Source of the DNA: the human T2T-CHM13v2.0 reference genome, Homo sapiens
Reading direction: 5' to 3' (one strand)
Length of the DNA stretch: 64,000 nt
Assembly (NCBI RefSeq): GCF_009914755.1
Contig: NC_060933.1
Below are positions 54,377 through 64,000 of the stretch, piece by piece (within the stretch, counting starts at the first letter, position 1; each line of letters begins with the position of its first letter). The position numbers were made by a program, and so were the translations under genes. The notes beneath the pieces were generated by a model. That model saw nothing but the letters and a program-made list of their open reading frames with translations, was not told where the DNA came from and searched no databases.

Positions 54377-55048
54377 CTGACTGAGAGATGGATGCATGAC
54401 TTATGAGACAAGGGTAGTGAAGGCCAGTCTCCTCGAGTCCTACGACTCTCTCTGGAAAAGGATGTGGGGTTTTGCCGAGCTGGAGTGTGAACTGGAACCA
54501 GGAAACTGGAAAATCGTGGCTGGCTCCAGCGGGAATCATCCAAACATGAATGAACCAGTGAGGCCAGGGTCCCCCTGGGTGGTCCCCCTCCATCCTCCCA
54601 AGGCGATTAAGGAAAGCTCTCACACTCTCATGCTTGGTGCCAGGGCCTCCCCTGCCTGGGGCTGAGGACCTCCCAGCAAGCAAGCCCACAATGCAGTGAA
54701 ATAAGGGTTCTGGGGAGTGGGGAGGAGCCCAGGCAGGAACCTGCAGAGCCACCCAAGCTAACGTGGCATTGAAATTACCAATATTAGAAAATAAAGGCTT
54801 TAGGGCACTCATCAGGCTCAACCTCCCTGTTCAGGTCTCTGTACAAACATCACCTCCGACGGAACTCCCTGCTTAGGACTGCACCCCTGCCCTGACAGAG
54901 CTCTACTCTCCTGCTCTATTTTACTCCATAGCATTATCACCATCTGACATGCCACGTATTTTGCCCTCTTTCTCGTTTATTGTCTGTGTTCCATGAGGGT
55001 AAAAGTCCTATGCTTTATTCAGTGCTAGCCCATAGAAAGCAGGTTCTC

Positions 55049-55142
55049 ATAGAATGTTTGCACTGAAAGCATCCATGAATAATAATAACAGCAACGACAA
55101 CTAGCATGTATTTAGCACTAACCACGTGCCAGGCTCTGTTCT
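55049..55142 (+). repeat. 94-bp dispersed direct repeat, copy 2 (inside an L2-like fragment)
   Basis: 85/94 identical to 51719-51812. Confidence 0.9.
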
Positions 55143-56674
55143 AAATAATTCTGATCAATATATATTGAATGAATTTTTTTTAACCTGATTGTCAATTCCA
55201 TCAAATCGTCATGTTGACTAAAGGTTGCTTTTGGCGAAACTGTCTGCAACTGGCAAAGCTACATGCTCCACTCTTTCCACGTGTCAGGGAATTTCATTCG
55301 CAAGACAGTTTTGTAAGGGGGTACTCTTATTGCGTTCATTCTGGGTATAAGTGACTTGGGCTCAGAGCAGTTGAGTCACTAGCCCAGGATCACTCATGGG
55401 TTTGAGCTTGGGTGGCTCCGTCTGTGGCTTAACCACAGCCTGCTCTGCCTGGTCCAGTTGCCTGTGGTATCTGGCTGTCACCTTCTGTCCCTGGGCTCTG
55501 CCTCCACAGATTCTGGCCTTCCAGGAAGCCACCACTGTTGAAAACCTCTAATGTCCAGTCACAAGTGTGGTCTAACAATTCCTGCCCACGGGGGCTCCAA
55601 CCGCAATGGACCCCACCAGTCCCAGCTTCAGGAACCAGCCCTGCATAGACTCAGGAGCCAAGGACCTGCAGTGGGGGAGACCCAGAGAGGCCCAGCAGCC
55701 TGCCCCAAGTCACACAGCACACTCAAGCATCCTTGAGACACCTTGCTCTTATCTTTGGGTCCTCATGCCACTGGGAAAAAGGGGGCACATTCCCAAAGCT
55801 AGTTTCCAGAATGATGGGAAGGAGAGCACTGAGTCTTTCCTTGCTTGGTCCTGCGCCGGGGAGTGTGGTGGGGTAAAGGGATCCTGATTTCCTCAGGCCA
55901 GGTCTGAGGAGCACAGTGGCCAGTCTGAGTTCTGTTCCAGATGATGGCTGTGACCTCCCTCCAGCAACCCCAGCTGCTCCCTGACTGGTCCTCTGGCCTC
56001 AGTCTGCTGCCTCCCAAGGGCTCCCCAAGCCTGTGGCTAAGGCTGGCCTGCCCGGACCTTGCCTAAGTCCAGGGCATGGGTCTGAGGGGATGCCCAGCCC
56101 AAGGCCCAGCTCAGGTACTACTGGCTGAGGTGTCTCATCTCCTCTGTGCTGGTCTCTTTATAGTCCCCCAACTCCAGCTCATCCTTGCCAGTCAGGCCAC
56201 CTCCCACAGGTGGCCAGCGTGACCTAAATACGAATCTAGGCTGGTGATGCCTTAAGACCCTTCCATGGCTCCCCTCTGCCCTTGGCACAAGCCCAAACTC
56301 TGGCTGTGACCTGGAAGGCCCTGCACTTCCTGGCCCCGACAAGCTCTGGAACCTCAGGGGTCTGTAGCCTTTGTGTCCACAGCCCCTCCACCTTCCCTTG
56401 AACCCAATGCTGTCTACCTTCCTACAAGCCTTAGTCATGGCCTCCTTGGGAAACCTTCTCTGACCCCCTCAATGATCACTGATCAAGTGACCTTCCTTTG
56501 TGCCTCCACAGTCCCTTGGGCTTCCCCCAGCCCCTGTGAGGTTGTAAATGCCTGTCTGTCCCCCACCAGACTCTGAGCTCCCTGGAAAAGCCACCTTGGC
56601 CCTTGTCTCCATTGTCACCTTTTAGCTTGATTTGCAGTTGATGCCAGTGGTGTTTTTGCTTTGTTGTTTTTCAA

Positions 56675-56912
56675 GGCTGGAGTGCAGTGGTGTGATCATG
56701 GCTCACTGCAGCCTCAGCCACTTGTTTTCAAGTGATCTGCCTCAGCCCCCTGAGTAGCTGGGACTATAGGTGTGTGCCGCCATGCCCAGCTAATTTTTTA
56801 TTTTTTGTAGAGACAGGATCTTACTGTTTCCCAGCCTGGTCCTGAACTCCTGGGCTCAAGCAATCCTCCTACCTTGGCCTCCCAAAGTGTTGGGATTACA
56901 GGCACCCAGCCA
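56675..56912 (-). mobile_element. Degenerate AluJ
   Basis: GGCTGGAGTGCAGTGGTGTGATCATGGCTCACTGCAGCCTC...CCCAAAGTGTTGGGATTACAGGC. Confidence 0.85.
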
Positions 56913-57092
56913 TCAGTGTTGTTTGTTGAATGAATGAATGAACAAATGAATAAATGATGTGGGTCTGTTTCCCTAACTATAAGTGAAGAGTTAGGTTAGC
57001 CTCATAGCTCTTTCTATAATGGGTCCTCTCTCTGCTTCCCGTAATTCCTCATGTCATACTGGACTTCTCCATAACCACAGACCCACTGTATC

Positions 57093-57471
57093 TGATATGG
57101 TTTGGCTCTGTGTCCCCACCCAAATCTCATGTTGAATTATAATCTCTAATATTGGGGGAGGGACCTGGTGGGAGGTGATTGGATCATGGGGGAAGATTTC
57201 CCCCTTACTGTTCTTATGGTAGTGAGTTTTCACGAGATCTGGTTGTTTGAAAGTGTGTAGCACTTCCCCCTTCATTCTCTCTCTCTCCTGCTCCGCCATG
57301 GTAAGATGTGCTTGCTTCCCCTTCGCCCTTCTGCCATGATTGTAAGTTTCCTGAGGCCTCCCAGTCATGCTTCCTATACAGACTGCAGGGCTGTGAGTCA
57401 AACCACTTTTCTTCATAAATGCCCCAGTCTCAGGTAGTTCTTTACAGCAGTGCTGAGAACAGACTAATACA
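57093..57471 (+). mobile_element. MSTA-like MaLR solo LTR
   Basis: TGATATGGTTTGGCTCTGTGTCCCCACCCAAATCTCATG...CAGACTAATACA. Confidence 0.9.
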
Positions 57472-57846
57472 GCATTTTACTGGGCACTTATGCCATGAAT
57501 CAGATATTGCTCACAGCCTTGACCCTCACTAGAACTCAGTGGGAAGGAAACTGTGTCCCCCACTTAATTGACTGAAAACCAGAGTGGTCCAGAGAGGGAA
57601 CAGGACTTGCCCAGAGTCCTAGCGTAGATCTGTGGCACAAGAAGCCAGGCCTCCTGATCCCCACCAGCGCCAGGACCCATAGTGACACAGAGTGAGCCCC
57701 TTGACCACCCATCTCCCTGTGCTCCAGGCCAAATCAGTTTCCCTCATGCCTCCTTCATGGAGATGCTTGCCATTCAACTCCCCCACCGCCTACCCAATGG
57801 CATATAGCAGTTGCTTAATCAAAACTTGTATAATATGTGAAAGGAG

Positions 57847-58324
<478 letters not shown>

Positions 58325-58523
58325 CATGTATTTCATCCCCTGCTGCCTGGTTTCTCCTGAATCCCCTTGTTCCCCTAAATAGCACCCCCAGTCCCCGCCC
58401 CTAGCCCAGCTGCAGGTGGAGTAGCAGCTGCTGTCTCCATTCAGCAGATGGGCAGACTGAAGCCCAAGAGTGTGGAGCCCAGTCTGAGGTCACACAGCAG
58501 TCTCCTGGGTTCCCACTTGGCCT

Positions 58524-58709
<186 letters not shown>

Positions 58710-58995
58710 TCACCCAGGTCCATCTGGGTCCCAACACCCTCTGGAGAAGCCTCAGGGGGTAGGTACCCTCCACCCTTCCCCCCACCCCACCCCCATACAC
58801 CATGGGCTCCAACATACATCTGGGCACGCAGATGCTCCTAAAAAGAGAATTCCAAGTTTGGGAAGTAGAAAGATCTTAGAAGCCACCTCTCAACACCCAC
58901 CCCATTTCAGAGATAAGACTGAGGCCTGGAGAGGGTGGGTTCTACCCCAAGATCACAGAGAACATTAGGGGCCCCTCCCTCTCTCCCTTCTTCAC

Positions 58996-59114
58996 CTCTG
59001 AGCCCTGGTGATGTCTTCGGGGGCCTCACAGGCAGGGGAGGTGCAGAAGGTACCACCTCCTCCTCCGTCAACATCTCTGCCAGGACTCGGGTCTGAGTCC
59101 AGTCACTGTGACTC
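58996..59114 (-). CDS. KIF12: KIF12 exon ([39 protein letters not shown])
   Basis: 119 nt, phase 2-1. Confidence 0.9.
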
Positions 59115-59204
59115 CTGGGCCAGGGTGAGTTGGGAGATGGGAGGTGAGCCTTTGAGTTCCCCAGACCACCCCTCTCTGACCTCAGTGCCCCAGGAGAGAC
59201 CCAC

Positions 59205-59305
59205 CTCTCTCTTGGGCACTTGGCAGAGCCAGGGCTGCATGGGGGTGCCCAGGGTGGGGGCCGGGCAGATGGGGGCCTGCCACCTGAGGCCTCAGGGTCC
59301 AACAC
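59205..59305 (-). CDS. KIF12: KIF12 exon ([34 protein letters not shown])
   Basis: 101 nt, phase 0-2. Confidence 0.9.
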
Positions 59306-59790
59306 CTGTAGGAAAGACCAGAGTCCACTCTGGGTGACCTCAGTCCTGCCTCTCTGTGTCCCACCTACCTGGTGCTAGCCATGACACCCCACCATGCCTA
59401 CCCCACAAGGTACCAAGAATGTCAGGATGGCATAAAGGGGTGGGGTCTTGGTCGCCTTCTGTGTGCAGCAGATGGTTCTTCTACCGTCCTCTCCTGAGAC
59501 TAGAAGCCTCCTGAGAGCAGGAACCACGTCTGGTCTATTTCTGACTCCTCAGAGCCCAGAAGAGAGGCTGGTATAAAGCAAGGAGCTTGGGGAGTTACTG
59601 AAGGAGTAAGTGAATGTATGATTCAGTAAATCCATAAGTGAGTAGATATGTGAGTGAATGAATAAGTGAATGACAGAATGAATTCCTGGCCCTGACAGGG
59701 CAGGGTGAGGAGGGGGGAGGGTGAGGCAAACAGCTATTTCAAACCAGGGCAGAGGGAGCCCTAGGCCAGCCATTCACTCCCCATGATCTA

Positions 59791-60276
<486 letters not shown>

Positions 60277-60547
60277 TCAAAGTTTTACATGTTAACTTAT
60301 TCTCTCTGATTTTTAAAACAAGCCTATAAGTAGGCACGACGATGAACCCCATCTTACAGAAGAGGAAACCCAGGCAGTGAGAAGTTAAATGACTTGCCCC
60401 AGGTGACACAGCTAGTAGGTGGCAGAGCTGGAAACTGAACCTAGTTGGTCTGAATCCAGAGGCCAGCCTCAAGCAGTTCATTAAGCCATCCCTTTTCCCA
60501 GCTGCCCTCTGTCCAGAGGCCTGGCTCCAAGCTGGTGGCTCTGCTTA

Positions 60548-60688
<141 letters not shown>

Positions 60689-60842
60689 TCAGTCAGCTCC
60701 TCCTCATTGCAGCATAGCACCAGTTCAGGAAGCAGGTGGGGACATAAGGGAGCCAGGGGCAGGGAGAGGAGGCAGTTTGCCAGAAGCAGCCTAGCAGTGA
60801 TGGGTGGGGAGCAGCATCCCTCTGGCTGTGGGCTGTGCCCTA

Positions 60843-60989
<147 letters not shown>

Positions 60990-61015
60990 CTACTCTGCCT
61001 CCAGGAAGCCCATAC

Positions 61016-61118
61016 CCTTGCAGTCCATTTGGTCCAGCTGGAACTGCAGGCGACGGTTCTCCTCCTGGAGCTGCAGCATCTCTGTCTCCAAACGCTGGGG
61101 CTGCTTTGCCACAGGAGA
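61016..61118 (-). CDS. KIF12: KIF12 neck/coiled-coil exon ([34 protein letters not shown])
   Basis: 103 nt, phase 0-1. Confidence 0.92.
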
Positions 61119-61685
61119 CTGTAGGGAAAGAGGCCCAGAGCCACCTTTATGGTTGTATAAGTCGTGCACTGCACAAGAACTTCCGGGTGTGGGAAGTAAC
61201 TGGGGCCTAAAATCCAGCCCATGCTTCATTCGTCAGCCTTGCATCTTGGCACAAGGCTGTATCTGCCTGGAGGGGGCACCTTGTCCTAAGTGCACTGTCC
61301 TGGAGGGCCCCACTCTGAGCTGGACTCAGCTGTGAGTCCAATCCCAAACTCAGTTCTGTCCAAACCTTGGGCCAGATAATGGTTCCAAACGAGACCCCAC
61401 ATTAGGCCCCACATCAACTCCCACTTAACCATGATACTAACTGAGCTAGACCCTGAATCATATCCCAACTCAAACTCCAACCCTAGACCTGCCCTAAACC
61501 TGGCATGACCCTGGCTGGGACCCTGACCCCATCCTATACAACCATGATACCGATTCCAGGATTCCAACCCTAATCCCAACTTTGACCCAGTCCAAGACTT
61601 CAATCAAGGGACTCAGGCTCCAACTCCTGCCTGATCCCCCAGCATCTCCACGCCTGTCCCTCAGCTTGTGCCTGCCTATACTCAC

Positions 61686-61790
61686 CTTGGGGGCCTGTGG
61701 TCGGGTGGTGACCCGCTGAGCTCGGCTTGCATATCGCAGGGTGCTGAGAGTCTCAGGAAGGCACTGGGCTGAGGGGGACACGCAGGCCAC
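61686..61790 (-). CDS. KIF12: KIF12 end of motor domain ([35 protein letters not shown])
   Basis: 105 nt; kinesin helix alpha6 motif ETLSTLRYA. Confidence 0.95.
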
Positions 61791-61840
61791 CTGGGGAGTG
61801 CACTCCCCCTGAGCGCTCCTCTCTGAGGGCCCCTTCCTCA

Positions 61841-62029
<189 letters not shown>

Positions 62030-62690
62030 TCACTTGCCTAGGGCCATCAGGCTGGGATGCTGCAGAGTTGGGCTCTCCACCCAGGCCTGTGTTGCCCTAA
62101 AAACCCATCTTTCCACATGATCTCATGACTCAGTCAGATTGGTCTCCACCACCAGACTGGGACTCTTTGAGGGCAGAGAAGGCCCTGTATACCCTGACCC
62201 TCAATGCCCAGCAAAGTGCCTGGTACTCAGGCACTCAGAAGGAAACTTCTAACAAATGGATTGTACACAAAGGAGTTTCGCGGGCATCTCACATGCATGC
62301 CACAGAGGAATACTGAGGGCACAGCCCCTGAGGATCTCCAGGTCCAATACCCTGGGGTGGGGTTGGGGAGAAAGCTCAAGTCCCTTCCCCTTACTAGGCC
62401 TCAGTCTTCCCAACTGCACAAGGGACATGCCAAATGTCTCTGAGGGTTCATCTTCTGCAGTTGAGTGGTTCTATTTCCCAAATTAGCATGGAACTTTATA
62501 CACCCTTAGAGTTTATACATTCATAAGCAGTGTTTTACGAAGGGAGAAGTCAACAGCAGAGCTGGGGCCAGAATGGGGCCTTTGGTTCCTGGATCGCAGC
62601 TCTTTAACCCTCTTCTATTTACTACAACTCCTCTGGTATCCCCCACTGTGGAGAGCTGTGAGCCAGGCACAGAGGAGAGACAGGAAATCA

Positions 62691-62915
<225 letters not shown>

Positions 62916-63049
62916 TCAAAGCCACAAGGTTATGGGACCAAGAGTTTCCATTATTAACCCCCATGCACACCCAAGTTGGTTTATATGTCCAGATACAGAC
63001 CCTTGCTTGGTGGCCCCGGGTAAGCACCTTCCCAGGCTGGAGCACTCAC

Positions 63050-63141
63050 AGTTTGACGGCTGATGTAAAGGGTGAGCAGGGCATGGCTTCGGCTGGAGGC
63101 CTGGTTCAGGGTGTGGGCTGAGTTCCTTCGACGGCTGAGAC
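63050..63141 (-). CDS. KIF12: KIF12 motor exon with switch I ([31 protein letters not shown])
   Basis: 92 nt, phase 1-0. Confidence 0.95.
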
Positions 63142-63963
63142 CTGGAAGGGAAAAACATCAGGAGCTGGACCTGGTAGGAAGAACAGGTCATCATCAATGA
63201 AGAAAAAGGAGCAAAGGAATCCTGGCGGAAGGGTCAGCCTCATGCAAAGGCAGGGAGGCAACAGAGTGGGTGTTGTTCAGGGAACGATGGGATGTTGGGC
63301 CCTGCTCTAGCAGAGATGGGTGGATGGAGGATAGAGAAAACTGAGCAGAAGAATGACAGTCAGATTTGCATTTTATAAACATCTCTCCCACTGCTTCGTG
63401 AAAGGAAGGGGAGAAACTGAGGCAGGAGATCAGCTGAGAGGTGTGGCACAGTGCTGGGGCCAGAATCCACAGTCAGCATCTCCAGTGCCTGCCAAAGGAG
63501 GGGTGCCCAATAAATACTTGATTTAAAAAAAAGAATGAGGCTGAAAGGGCCTTTAGGCTAGGCTAAGAGGTATGACCTTGATCCTCAGGGCCCTGGAAGG
63601 GTGGAGGGTCTGGAGGCAAAGAGAGATGGGGTTTGCAGCATAGAGGAGAATGGATGGGCAGGGGAGAGCCTTGAGGTGCAGAGACCACCAGGGAGCAAGA
63701 ATGAGTCCTGGCGGAGGCCGAGGCCCTGGGCTAGAGAGGAGAGGGTGTGAAAGGAGTTTGGAAGGCAGAATTAGCAGGCCTTGTTGGCAGTGCGGGGAGG
63801 CCCTTGGGCCATGCCTTTGAATTGTGGTTTACTGGTCCTTCCCCACCTCCCCCAGGAATCATTTCTGAAGCTGCAGCTGCAGTCTGGGCCCCAAGTCCAC
63901 ACTCAGTGAACAACTGAGGAATGGGCACCCCTACCCGCAAAACTCCCCGCTGTCAGCACACAC

Positions 63964-64000
63964 CCGTTTGCAAAAGTTCCATCAGGGCCTCCAGACTCCC
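63964..64000 (-). CDS. KIF12: KIF12 motor exon, partial (...GSLEALMELLQT)
   Basis: Ends ACG G|GTGTG in phase 1; cut by the window edge. Confidence 0.85.

Overview
This is human genomic DNA that I recognise as the chr9q32 ZNF618-AMBP-KIF12 locus. On the + strand are the last ZNF618 exons: a 45-nt frame-preserving cassette, a C2H2-finger exon, a linker exon, and one 1.5-kb terminal coding exon that encodes a catalytically decayed hAT (Hermes-like) transposase, followed by a ~6.4-kb 3'UTR. On the - strand is the complete 10-exon AMBP gene (alpha-1-microglobulin/bikunin precursor; the exons sum to 1059 nt = 352 aa + stop). It has a clustered HNF1/FOXA/HNF4 element ~2.8 kb upstream. Also on the - strand are the last 13 coding exons of KIF12, the 5'-most cut off by the window edge. 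The rest is mostly Alu, L1, L2, MIR, MaLR/ERV1 LTR and DNA-transposon remnants. I found no clearly new biological system. The most notable observations are: (1) the pattern of lost and kept catalytic residues in the ZNF618 transposase domain, and an abrupt GC3 drop over its last ~90 codons; (2) two unusual L1 junctions, a 7-nt 5' micro-inversion and a 3'-truncated L1 beside an inverted host segment; (3) a 94-bp locally templated duplication 3330 bp apart; (4) a 2.4-kb solo LTR antisense inside AMBP; (5) a strong CTCF motif between the AMBP enhancer and KIF12. Gene names, repeat subfamily names and reference motifs come from memory, not from database searches.
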